Assembly: GCF_050920415.1 (NCBI RefSeq)
Contig: NZ_CP169309.1
Origin: Escherichia coli
GTDB taxonomy: Bacteria > Pseudomonadota > Gammaproteobacteria > Enterobacterales > Enterobacteriaceae
Length of the DNA: 64,000 bases
Reading direction: 5' to 3' (one strand)
How positions within the stretch are numbered: position 1 is the first letter of the stretch; every line of letters begins with the position of its first letter. The notes under the pieces are model-generated. The model saw only the letters and a list, made by a program, of their open reading frames with translations. It was not told the origin of the DNA and searched no databases. A program made the translations under genes and the position numbers. This document shows, piece by piece, positions 36,128 to 45,177 of this stretch.

Positions 36128-36910
36128 CTACCCACGAACGTTAAACACCGCATACGTGTTATTAAGCAACACTTCGGCAATCTCATCCGCGGGTTCCGGG
36201 CGTAACTCGCACAGCACGGCAAACACACGGGCGGCCTGTTCAGGGCGATTAGGCTGCCCCTGAAAACCATTGAGCGGCATATCTGGTGCGTCGGTCTCCA
36301 GCAACATCGATGCCAGCGGCAGCTTTGCGATGACATCGCGGGTTTTACTGGCGCGTGGATAGGTGATAGTACCGCCTACGCCAATTTTGTAGCCCAGCTG
36401 CACAAACCGTTCGGCCTGTTGCAGGCTGCCAGAAAAACCATGAACCACACCAGTGCGTGGCAAATTTTGGCGTTTAAGATGCATCGCCAGTTTGTCGTGC
36501 GTGCGCCGTGAATGAAGGATCACCGGCAGATCGTAGCGTTTCGCCAGTTTCAGTTGTTCATCAAGCAACCACTGCTGCCTCTCAAATTGCGGATCGTCAC
36601 CAAAGAGATCCAGGCCGATCTCCCCCACCGCCACCACCTTCGTCGGACGTCTTCCCAACGCCTGCTGTAACTGATCCAGCGATGCATCGTTATGTTTTTC
36701 CAACATCCCCGGATGGAACCCTAAAGCGGCATACAGCGGTTGATAATTTTCCGCTAACGCCTGCACGCGGGCAAAATTTGCCGCCTCGGTGGCCGGAACA
36801 ATGATCTTGCCTACGCCCGCTTGTGCCGCGCGTTGCAGGCTGGCCTCTTCATCGCCACTAAACGGCGGGAAATCAAAATGGCAGTGGGTGTCGATAAAAC
36901 GGCAAATCAA
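36128..36910 (-). CDS. yjjV: TatD-family metal-dependent hydrolase/DNase YjjV
   Basis: 260-aa ORF matching K-12 YjjV. Confidence 0.92.
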   Translation of the reverse strand: MICRFIDTHCHFDFPPFSGDEEASLQRAAQAGVGKIIVPATEAANFARVQALAENYQPLYAALGFHPGMLEKHNDASLDQLQQALGRRPTKVVAVGEIGLDLFGDDPQFERQQWLLDEQLKLAKRYDLPVILHSRRTHDKLAMHLKRQNLPRTGVVHGFSGSLQQAERFVQLGYKIGVGGTITYPRASKTRDVIAKLPLASMLLETDAPDMPLNGFQGQPNRPEQAARVFAVLCELRPEPADEIAEVLLNNTYAVFNVRG

Positions 36911-37980
36911 GCCAAATCCTCATTGTTAAATGTCGGGTCGTTCGCCTGTGGAGCGTCTATCACCTCGGTAACCAGCGTATCGTTGGCGACGGGTGCAGGC
37001 GGAATAACGATCGACTCCGGCGTCACCACCGGCACCAGATGGCGGCTCAGCGGCGCTTTTTCAGTCAATAACTTACCGACCGTTGCCAGAAAATAACGCC
37101 CGCATAAACGCCCAAGTTTATAGTCTTCACGCAGCGCCGGAATCCGACTGCCGAGCGCGATACTATGTAATGGCTTCGGCGGATAAATTTCGAATATCCT
37201 CAACTGGCCCGGTGGTTTCTCAATAAATTGCTGAATCTCACGATAGCTGGTTTCATGATGCTGCACCAGATTGACCAGCGGCTGCAGGCTACTGTCACCC
37301 AGCCAGCGTTCCATGCGTTTGAACCACTGCGGCGTATAGTACATTTGTGACGGCACAGTGCGGATAACGACCAACGTTTTTGCGCCCTGCCTTGCCGCCT
37401 CTTTAACCGGGATCGCATCACTGATCCCGCCATCCAGGTAATTAATGCCTTCCAGCGACACTCCGCTACGATAAAAGCCAGGTATTGCACTGGAGGCGCG
37501 AATCACATCCAGCCAGTTTTGTTTGGTTGGTAAAAAGTAATTCGGCGCGTAGTCATCCTGACGACAGGCGCACATATAAAACGATTTGCCGCTGTCAAAT
37601 AGCCGCGCTGCGGTGTCCATTTGCAACGGCATCTGGCTTGCGGTGGCCTCCACCAGCCAGTCGAGATCGATAAGATTTCCTCCACGGACAAAGCGCAATG
37701 GATCGAAAAATTCGCGTTTTGTGGTATAGCGCATGATGACTTTGCGCGCGTAACCGGGCTGATTGCAGATATACGCCGAGAGGTTCTGCGCCCCGGCAGA
37801 TGTGCCGAGATAAAGATCGAAAGGATTAAACTGCGCGCGCATAAACTCATCCAGCACGCCAGCTGTGAAAATTCCACGCTGCCCGCCGCCTTCGCACACC
37901 AGAGCTATTCGTCCAGGCTGGAACGGCCTTAGCGACAACGGCGCAATATTACCAAGCGTTACAGGTATTCGCTGCCCCAC
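36907..37980 (-). CDS. yjjU: patatin-like phospholipase family protein YjjU
   Basis: ORF 36907-38016 contains the K-12 YjjU sequence from a GTG at 37980 (V-GQRIPVTLGNIAPL; 357 aa); GxSxG patatin motif GTSAG present. Confidence 0.88.
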   Translation of the reverse strand: MGQRIPVTLGNIAPLSLRPFQPGRIALVCEGGGQRGIFTAGVLDEFMRAQFNPFDLYLGTSAGAQNLSAYICNQPGYARKVIMRYTTKREFFDPLRFVRGGNLIDLDWLVEATASQMPLQMDTAARLFDSGKSFYMCACRQDDYAPNYFLPTKQNWLDVIRASSAIPGFYRSGVSLEGINYLDGGISDAIPVKEAARQGAKTLVVIRTVPSQMYYTPQWFKRMERWLGDSSLQPLVNLVQHHETSYREIQQFIEKPPGQLRIFEIYPPKPLHSIALGSRIPALREDYKLGRLCGRYFLATVGKLLTEKAPLSRHLVPVVTPESIVIPPAPVANDTLVTEVIDAPQANDPTFNNEDLA

Positions 37981-38101
37981 CTCTGCCTTCCTGTTTTTGT
38001 TGTGAAAGAATGACAAAGTAACGCAATTTATTATTCGCTAAAACCGCAAAAGCCAGTCCGCTGGACTGGCTTTGGATAAAATTTTCTTAATGGTCTGAAA
38101 T

Positions 38102-38263
38102 CTAGGGTCGTTTTCGGCCCATGAACAAACTCACCAGGAACAGAATAATCCCGACGACAAAGACAATTTTAGCTGCGCCTGCAGCAGTACCGGCCAGACC
38201 ACCAAACCCAAGTGCGGCGGCGATTAACGCGATAACCAGAAATATGATGCCCCAACGAAACAT
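38102..38263 (-). CDS. ytjA: UPF0391 small membrane protein YtjA
   Basis: ORF 38102-38320 contains the 53-aa sequence [53 protein letters not shown] from the ATG at 38263. Confidence 0.8.
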
Positions 38264-38391
38264 ATAAGCGTCTCCTTTACCATAGTTAATGTCACCGCTT
38301 GATATGAGCGTGAAAATCACTCAATGCGATATTTTTAGTGTGGTGCACATCGCGCCTCCCGACAAAGTTCGGGAGGACGAATTACGACGAA

Positions 38392-38997
38392 TTACTTAGT
38401 TTTCAGATCATTTTTAACGCTTTTCACACCATCTACCGCTTTGGCGATACTTTCAGCACGGTCACTTTGTGCCTGAGAATCTACGGTACCGGAGAGCTGA
38501 ACCACGCCATCGGTGGTTTCAACTTTCACTTTACGTGAAGGGACGATATCGTCCGCCAGCAGCTTAGCTTTGATTTCACTGGTGGTGGCGGTGTCACCCG
38601 CGTAGCCCTTCACAGAGCCTTCTTTAGCGTCGCGAACGTGCAGTTTGTCGCTGACAGAGGTCACGCCTTCAACGCCTTTCGCCACTTTCACTGCCTCTTC
38701 GGCCTGGGCCTGGCTTTCAACGAAACCGCTCAGGGTCACGACTTTTTGATCGGTTTTGACAGAGATATCGGTGCTCTTGATGTTGTCATGATCCACCAGG
38801 GCCGCCTTCACTTTCGCGGTGATAGCGCTGTCATCCATGAAATTACCGACTTTATTCATAGAGCTATCGACTTTTTGCCCTGCGCTTTCATTGGTTGTCT
38901 GCGCGTTGTTTTCTGCGTAGGCAGAGCCGGTCGCGACGGCAGAGGTCAACATTACAGCCAGCAGAGTTTTCGAAATCTTCAGTCTTGTCATAGTCAT
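38392..38997 (-). CDS. osmY: osmotically inducible periplasmic protein OsmY
   Basis: ORF 38392-39075 contains the K-12 OsmY sequence starting [28 protein letters not shown] at the ATG at 38997 (201 aa). Confidence 0.95.
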   Translation of the reverse strand: MTMTRLKISKTLLAVMLTSAVATGSAYAENNAQTTNESAGQKVDSSMNKVGNFMDDSAITAKVKAALVDHDNIKSTDISVKTDQKVVTLSGFVESQAQAEEAVKVAKGVEGVTSVSDKLHVRDAKEGSVKGYAGDTATTSEIKAKLLADDIVPSRKVKVETTDGVVQLSGTVDSQAQSDRAESIAKAVDGVKSVKNDLKTK

Positions 38998-39389
38998 CGA
39001 TTTATTCCTGTATGTTTGCTCGTAATTTGAGCCTGGCAACACGAGGTTGCATTGCTGAATAGGGAGAGACTTCACCCTCTACAGAAGTCAACGGTCTCCA
39101 TCACAAAATCGATGGGTGATGAATAACGACCATTACAGCCTCTGAATCAGTTATTAATATCGGTAGAATGACAATCGACGGCTTTAGATACTGATATCTA
39201 CGCATTGAACGGTATTTAACGCCGTCAGAAATGTCATTACTTTGTTAAATATAGATCACAATTTTGAAACCGCTCGGGATATCAGCGAAAACATAAGCAA
39301 AAGTGAATGTTTTAAGAACATTCCGTAAGCGGCTAATAAGGAAGGGAAATTGACAGGGCGCAGCGGCTACCGCGCCCTGGAGGCAAGAA

Positions 39390-40976
39390 TTAATGCTCGC
39401 GAGTCTGGTGGAACTGAACGTCCGGATAACGTTCCTGTGCCAGGCGCAGGTTGACCATGCTGGTAGCGATGTAAGCGAGGTTATCGCCGCCATCAAGCGC
39501 CAGTTGGCTTTCGTTCTTACGCTTGAACTCTTCGAATTTCTTCGCGTCCGCACATTCTACCCAGCGTGCAGTGGCAACGTTGACTGACTCATACACTGCT
39601 TCAACGTTGTATTCGCTCTTCAGGCGCGCTACCACCACATCAAACTGCAGCACACCAACCGCACCAACGATCAGGTCGTTGTTGGAGATCGGACGGAACA
39701 CCTGCACCGCGCCCTCTTCGGAAAGCTGTACCAGCCCTTTGAGCAGCTGTTTTTGCTTCAGCGGATCTTTCAGGCGGATACGACGGAACAGTTCCGGCGC
39801 AAAGTTCGGGATACCGGTGAACTTCATCATCTCACCCTGGGTAAAGGTGTCGCCGATCTGAATAGTGCCGTGGTTGTGCAGACCAAGGATGTCGCCCGGA
39901 TACGCTTCTTCAACATGCGAACGGTCGCCCGCCATAAAGGTCAGCGCGTCGGAGATCACCACATCTTTCGCGGTGCGCACCTGGCGCAGCTTCATACCTT
40001 TTTCATATTTACCAGATACCACACGCATAAACGCCACGCGGTCGCGGTGTTTCGGGTCCATGTTGGCCTGAATTTTAAATACGAAGCCGGTAAATTTATC
40101 TTCGCTCGCCTCTACGATACGGGTATCAGTCTGACGCGGCATCGGCGCAGGTGCCCACTCTACCAGGCCATCCAGCATATGATCGACGCCGAAGTTACCC
40201 AGCGCAGTACCAAAGAACACTGGAGTAATTTCGCCCGCAAGGAACAATTCTTTGTCGAACTCGTTAGACGCGCCTTTCACCAGTTCCAGTTCGTCACGCA
40301 GCTGCTGTGCCAGATCTTCACCAACCGCAGCATCGAGATCCGGGTTATTCAGCCCTTTAACAATACGGACTTCCTGAATGGTGTGACCTTTACCGCTCTG
40401 ATAGAGATAGGTTTCGTCTTTATAAAGGTGGTAAACGCCTTTAAACAGCTTGCCGCAGCCAATCGGCCAGGTGATCGGCGCACAGCCGATTTTCAGCTCG
40501 TTCTCAACTTCATCGAGCAGCTCCATCGGATCGCGGATATCACGGTCAAGTTTGTTCATAAAGGTGAGGATCGGCGTATCGCGCAGACGGGTAACTTCCA
40601 TCAGCTTACGGGTACGATCTTCAACACCTTTTGCGGCGTCGATAACCATCAGGCAGCAGTCCACCGCCGTCAGGGTACGATAGGTATCTTCCGAGAAGTC
40701 TTCGTGCCCGGGGGTGTCGAGCAGGTTAACCAGGCAGTCGTGATACGGAAACTGCATCACAGACGTGGTAATGGAGATCCCACGCTGCTTTTCCATCTCC
40801 ATCCAGTCCGACTTAGCGTGCTGGTTGGAACCACGGCCTTTTACTGTACCGGCAGTCTGAATGGCCTGTCCGAACAGCAGCACCTTCTCGGTGATGGTCG
40901 TTTTACCGGCGTCCGGGTGAGAAATAATTGCAAAGGTTCTTCTTTTCGCTACCTCTGCGGCCAAAAGGCTTGTCAT
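39390..40976 (-). CDS. prfC: peptide chain release factor 3, with a non-K-12 N-terminus
   Basis: 528 aa from the ATG at 40976 ([27 protein letters not shown]...); from residue 9 onward it matches K-12 RF3 as I recall it (K-12 begins MTLSPYLQEVAKRR). Confidence 0.93.
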   Translation of the reverse strand: MTSLLAAEVAKRRTFAIISHPDAGKTTITEKVLLFGQAIQTAGTVKGRGSNQHAKSDWMEMEKQRGISITTSVMQFPYHDCLVNLLDTPGHEDFSEDTYRTLTAVDCCLMVIDAAKGVEDRTRKLMEVTRLRDTPILTFMNKLDRDIRDPMELLDEVENELKIGCAPITWPIGCGKLFKGVYHLYKDETYLYQSGKGHTIQEVRIVKGLNNPDLDAAVGEDLAQQLRDELELVKGASNEFDKELFLAGEITPVFFGTALGNFGVDHMLDGLVEWAPAPMPRQTDTRIVEASEDKFTGFVFKIQANMDPKHRDRVAFMRVVSGKYEKGMKLRQVRTAKDVVISDALTFMAGDRSHVEEAYPGDILGLHNHGTIQIGDTFTQGEMMKFTGIPNFAPELFRRIRLKDPLKQKQLLKGLVQLSEEGAVQVFRPISNNDLIVGAVGVLQFDVVVARLKSEYNVEAVYESVNVATARWVECADAKKFEEFKRKNESQLALDGGDNLAYIATSMVNLRLAQERYPDVQFHQTREH

Positions 40977-41162
40977 AATTGTTGTCTCTTTGATTATGTA
41001 CAATCATATGTACAAAGAAAAATTCATGCCGCTGATTGTACATTTTGGAGGTATCAGAGCATAGCAGAACATGATCAGTAGGTGTATTTGTAGCCAAAGA
41101 ACATTTGTACATGCAGCAATCTTTACTCTATTGACACTGTTTATTCATACAGTAAAAAATAG

Positions 41163-41182
41163 TGCTGTATACAAATACAGTA
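41163..41182 (+). promoter_or_regulatory. LexA (SOS) box upstream of the dinI-like gene
   Basis: tgCTGTatacaaatACAGta matches the CTGT-N8-ACAG LexA consensus, 14 bp upstream of the dinI-like ATG. Confidence 0.75.
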
Positions 41183-41195
41183 TAGAGGGATTTTT

Positions 41196-41444
41196 ATGCG
41201 TATTGAGATCTGCATAGCCAAAGAGAAAATGACTAAAATGCCAAGCGGTGCTGTTGATGCGTTAAAGGAAGAATTAACTCGGCGCATCAGTAAGCGTTAT
41301 GACGATGTAGAAGTAATCGTAAAAGCCACCAGCAATGACGGGCTTTCTGTTACACGCACCGCAGATAAGGATTCTGCAAAAACATTTGTTCAGGAGACTC
41401 TGAAAGATACTTGGGAGTCTGCTGACGAGTGGTTTGTTCACTAA
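41196..41444 (+). CDS. DinI-family protein (prophage-encoded)
   Basis: 82-aa [14 protein letters not shown]...[15 protein letters not shown] resembling E. coli DinI in size and C-terminal motif; GAGGGA ribosome-binding site. Confidence 0.85.
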   Translation: MRIEICIAKEKMTKMPSGAVDALKEELTRRISKRYDDVEVIVKATSNDGLSVTRTADKDSAKTFVQETLKDTWESADEWFVH

Positions 41445-41694
41445 TAGACACGTAAAATCGGTAACGGCTGGAAATAATTCAATACTCGCACTATCGGAAG
41501 TTCACCAGCCAGCCGCAGCACGTTCTTGCATACGACGTGCCTGCGGTTTCAACTCCCGCCAGCTCCACCACTTTTGATAGGACTGCAACCGGACAGCGGC
41601 AATAAAAACAGCCACTTACGGACACTGACCAGACAGTAAGCGGACTTAAAAAAGACAAAAATATACACGCAAAATGCACGTGCATTTCAAAAAA

Positions 41695-41728
41695 GCCTCT
41701 GATTGTGAAGTCAGAGGCTTTTCTATTT
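41695..41728 (+). terminator. intrinsic terminator on the plus strand
   Basis: gcctctga-ttgtgaag-tcagaggc hairpin followed by ttttctattt. Confidence 0.6.
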
Positions 41729-41768
41729 GTAACTAAGAGTAACAATTCAACATAACGCAACCTACCAA

Positions 41769-42341
41769 TTACGTCACGTCAAACGCTCTGATTGAACGCA
41801 AATCATCCAGATTATTCAGTTGTTCCTTCATCTCGCGCTGGCGTTCGTGGATTTTAAAGCCCTCCGCCACCATGGCCACCATCATGGCATCGTTCAGCGC
41901 AATAAGTTTCTCCCTGGTCAGTATGACGTTGTTATTATCCGCATCAGTCCAGAAAAAACCATCCGGAAGCAGCCCGGCCTGCGCTGTTGCAACCACGGGC
42001 GCAAGGCGTGACTGCGAGGTTTTTCCGCCATCAAAACGACGGCCATCAAACGTGAAAATAAACTCAACGTTTTCCTGACTGTCGCGCCATGCCTCAATTT
42101 CCCGCCTTTTGGCATCCTTTGCCGCTGCAATAAGTTCCGGCGTGACGGTGAACGGGGCGATTTCGCCCCATTTCCCGCTTTGCAGCTCCTGCCAGACATG
42201 CTGGCCTGTCGGGGCCATATCATCCTGTATGGCGGTATACAGGACGAACTCCGTTTCACCTTCAAATAACACCTCGCAGTCAACCGCACCATTTTCAAGA
42301 TAATGCGCGTTTCTGATGCCTTTCACCGCTCTGATTTTCAT
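41769..42341 (-). CDS. putative tail fibre assembly / chaperone protein
   Basis: 190-aa ORF immediately downstream of the side tail fibre gene, the position occupied by tfa in lambda; assignment is by position and size, sequence is not lambda Tfa-like. Confidence 0.55.
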   Translation of the reverse strand: MKIRAVKGIRNAHYLENGAVDCEVLFEGETEFVLYTAIQDDMAPTGQHVWQELQSGKWGEIAPFTVTPELIAAAKDAKRREIEAWRDSQENVEFIFTFDGRRFDGGKTSQSRLAPVVATAQAGLLPDGFFWTDADNNNVILTREKLIALNDAMMVAMVAEGFKIHERQREMKEQLNNLDDLRSIRAFDVT

Positions 42342-42355
42342 GTCTTATTTCCTTA

Positions 42356-44446
42356 TTACTCAATGCGTACAAAAAGACCGATATAGCCACGCGTTGTATC
42401 GTGACTAATGCGGGTCCCCGAAAGCGCCGTGTAACGACCGGGGAAGTTGTATTCACCAGCACCGCCAATCACAACCTGCGGTGAGGATGCGTATGTCCCT
42501 GTATCGCTAACCCGTGCACTCATAGCCAGAGGGCCAAGACGGGAACCCGGCACAATATCACCGAGCCCCAGAGACGCATCTGCACCAAAACTCTCCCCCT
42601 GATATGCCGCCATAATCGGCACACCAACGGCCGGGTATTTATAATATGAGCCTGAGCCCGCCATCCTGGACAGCAGGTACGCCAGTGAATCTCCGTCGTA
42701 TACAACTACCCGCGATGACATGTTCCAGCTGTTATCGCTGTCGTTGTACCGGTACTGCATATAGTGAATACAGTGTTCACCCTGATAATACTGGTTGTAG
42801 CACATCAGGGTTTTAAATTTGCGGACTGTGTCGGATTCACTGTTGGCGTACGGTGACCACATCACATCAATAATGCCGTTAAATTGCGTGGTACCGGTAA
42901 GCAGTTGCGAGGAGTCTGTAATACTGACCGCATACCGCCCCGGCGTGACTTTCTTCAACCACTCAACGAAATCAGACAGCCCCTCAAACGCCAGAGCGTC
43001 AGTGCTGGTGAATGCCTGTCCAAACCCATACATCCCGGACAGGGCCAGCCTGCCCGGTGTGCGGTCACGGATATCACTCTGGGGTTCCATCGTCGCAGCC
43101 GCGTTCAGCTCAAGCTCCGTGCGCATGGCTTCAGCCGTGTCATGCGCCAGTAATGCGCGGCCCTTCTCTGACAGCAGAGACAGTGAGGCATTCCCGTCTG
43201 TATTGAAGTACAGAAGATTATCTGCCCGTTGCGTCAGTGCGCTGATTGCCGTTAAGACGTCATTAAGCGGTTGTTTGCCTGCCAGCGCGTTTGTGATTGT
43301 CGTCGCAAAGTTCGGGTCATTGCCCAGCGCCGCAGCCAGTTCGTTCAGGGTGTCCAGAACTTCCGGTGACGAATCAACCAGCGCAGCAAGCAGTTTGCGC
43401 ACAAACGCCGCGTTCGCTGCTTCCAGACCGGCGGCATCATCCTGTGGGGTTGGGGTGGTTGGGGTGCCGGTGAAGGCCGGGCTGTCCAGTGGCGCTTTTG
43501 TTTTCGTCTCCTCCATGACGGTTTTGACAGCCTTTGGCGTGGCAGCCAGTTCCTCGCTGTCGTTATCCGTGTCACTACAGAGTTGCACCAGACCTTTTTC
43601 TGTCGTGGAGGCATTTGTTGCATTCAGGTCATCAACTATCTGCTGCGTCTCATCCCTGTACTGTTTCGCTTCCTGCGCATTGTCTGCACCTGCATCCTGG
43701 CTGGCTTTAGCCTGTCGGGCGTATTCGGCGGCACTGTTTTTGTGCCCCAGCGCCGCATTTGCCGACAGTTCTGAACTGGTCGCTGCTGATGATGCGGCAT
43801 TATGATAAAGGCGGGCGCGTTCGGCGGCATCGACTGATTCGTCCCGCGCTGTGCCTGATGACTGTGCGCTGTTTTCTGCCTCACCCGCAAAACGTTCCGC
43901 ATCATCACGGGCCGTTGCGGTTGTCGTCACATCCTGTGCCGTCTGCTGTGCGTTTCCGGCTGCAGCTTCGGCGCTCTGCTGTGTCTGATTTTTTAGCTCT
44001 TCTGCCTCATCCTTACTAACCGCCGCAGATGTTGCTGCATTGATTGCATCATCAGCAGCTGTTTCTGCTCTCTCCCTGTCACTGACCACCTGCTCAGACA
44101 AGCGAACAACGGTATTTACCATTTCCTCAAAACGCTTCATTACCTCAGGGCGTAAATCACCCTCCTTTGGTGCATCCAGAAAAGCATTCAGCGTATCCGG
44201 CTCATCTGTCGGTGCAACATAAATTTCCCCCGCCTTTACAGGAGGATGCCCTGAGCGGGACAAAAATACATCATAAAATCCCGGCTCAGCATTAATAGTA
44301 TACCCGCCATCACTTCCCGTAAGACAGGTTGCCACAATATTAACCACAACTGTCGGACTGGTTCTTCTGGCTCGCAATTCAATCGCACAGTTTACGACAG
44401 GCTCACCTGCTCCGTCCTTCAGGACACCTGAAATCTTTACTGCCAT
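42356..44446 (-). CDS. stf: side tail fibre protein (Stf-like)
   Basis: ATG at 44446 gives MAVKISGVLKDGAGEPV..., the conserved N-terminus of lambdoid side tail fibres; long Ala/Ser/Thr/Gln-rich shaft; about 696 aa. Confidence 0.85.
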   Translation of the reverse strand: MAVKISGVLKDGAGEPVVNCAIELRARRTSPTVVVNIVATCLTGSDGGYTINAEPGFYDVFLSRSGHPPVKAGEIYVAPTDEPDTLNAFLDAPKEGDLRPEVMKRFEEMVNTVVRLSEQVVSDRERAETAADDAINAATSAAVSKDEAEELKNQTQQSAEAAAGNAQQTAQDVTTTATARDDAERFAGEAENSAQSSGTARDESVDAAERARLYHNAASSAATSSELSANAALGHKNSAAEYARQAKASQDAGADNAQEAKQYRDETQQIVDDLNATNASTTEKGLVQLCSDTDNDSEELAATPKAVKTVMEETKTKAPLDSPAFTGTPTTPTPQDDAAGLEAANAAFVRKLLAALVDSSPEVLDTLNELAAALGNDPNFATTITNALAGKQPLNDVLTAISALTQRADNLLYFNTDGNASLSLLSEKGRALLAHDTAEAMRTELELNAAATMEPQSDIRDRTPGRLALSGMYGFGQAFTSTDALAFEGLSDFVEWLKKVTPGRYAVSITDSSQLLTGTTQFNGIIDVMWSPYANSESDTVRKFKTLMCYNQYYQGEHCIHYMQYRYNDSDNSWNMSSRVVVYDGDSLAYLLSRMAGSGSYYKYPAVGVPIMAAYQGESFGADASLGLGDIVPGSRLGPLAMSARVSDTGTYASSPQVVIGGAGEYNFPGRYTALSGTRISHDTTRGYIGLFVRIE

Positions 44447-44511
44447 ATTCACCCCACAAAAAAGCCCGCCTGAACCCGGCGGGCTGTCATAACACTGTGT
44501 TACCTGGCTAA

Positions 44512-45111
44512 TCAGAACTTATAACCGACACCCACGATGAAACCGTCAGTGCGCCAGTCGCCACTGCCGGAGCCTTCATAAGCAATATCAATAGCCACGG
44601 ATTCGGTCGGGTTAAACTGCACGCCAGCTCCCCACGCCAGAGACGTGTTGCTGTGGCGACCGTCATCACTTCCGGTCAGCACATCGTGCGTTTTCCCCTT
44701 ATTGTCAGTTACGCGGAGATAATCCCCGGAGAAAGTCGACACACGGCTGTAAGCCACACCCGCCATCGCATACGCGCTGAACCATTCATTCACGCGCACA
44801 GACGGCCCCGCCATTACGCTGAACCAGCGGTTACGAACGGAATCTTCATGCCAGCGGGTATCGCTGTAACGGGTCAGCTGGCGATTCTTGTCTCCTGCAT
44901 AGCTGAATGACGTCACCATACCCAGTGTGTCCGTAAACTCATAACGGTATTTCACGTTAATCCCGTTCAGATCATCGCTGCCGGGAACGTTCGTCGAGAC
45001 ATGAAGATACCCCGCGCTCAGCGTGGACTGATGTTCAGACGCCCATGCAGGCGCACCGGATAAGGCCAGACAAATGGCTGCGGACAAAATGGCGGCATAA
45101 AGTTTACGCAT
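44512..45111 (-). CDS. lom: Lom/Ail-family outer membrane beta-barrel protein
   Basis: 199-aa ORF with signal peptide and C-terminal ...GYKF, between J and stf as in lambda. Confidence 0.88.
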   Translation of the reverse strand: MRKLYAAILSAAICLALSGAPAWASEHQSTLSAGYLHVSTNVPGSDDLNGINVKYRYEFTDTLGMVTSFSYAGDKNRQLTRYSDTRWHEDSVRNRWFSVMAGPSVRVNEWFSAYAMAGVAYSRVSTFSGDYLRVTDNKGKTHDVLTGSDDGRHSNTSLAWGAGVQFNPTESVAIDIAYEGSGSGDWRTDGFIVGVGYKF

Positions 45112-45177
45112 AATTACCTCTCGCTTTTCTGCAATAAAAAAGGCGTCATTTCTGACGCCCGTTATGGGTTATAAAAT

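Noticed and set aside
39753-41081. 442-aa plus-strand ORF antisense to prfC
   Set aside because: Embedded in the highly conserved prfC gene on the opposite strand; typical long antisense ORF of a GC-rich gene.
41491-41760. 89-aa minus-strand ORF downstream of tfa
   Set aside because: Begins at a TTG, spans an intrinsic terminator hairpin and a perfect palindrome, and has no ribosome-binding site; more likely non-coding regulatory DNA.
42819-43805. 328-aa plus-strand ORF inside the side tail fibre gene
   Set aside because: Antisense to stf; Ser/Ala-rich low-complexity translation mirroring the Ala/Ser/Thr-rich fibre shaft.
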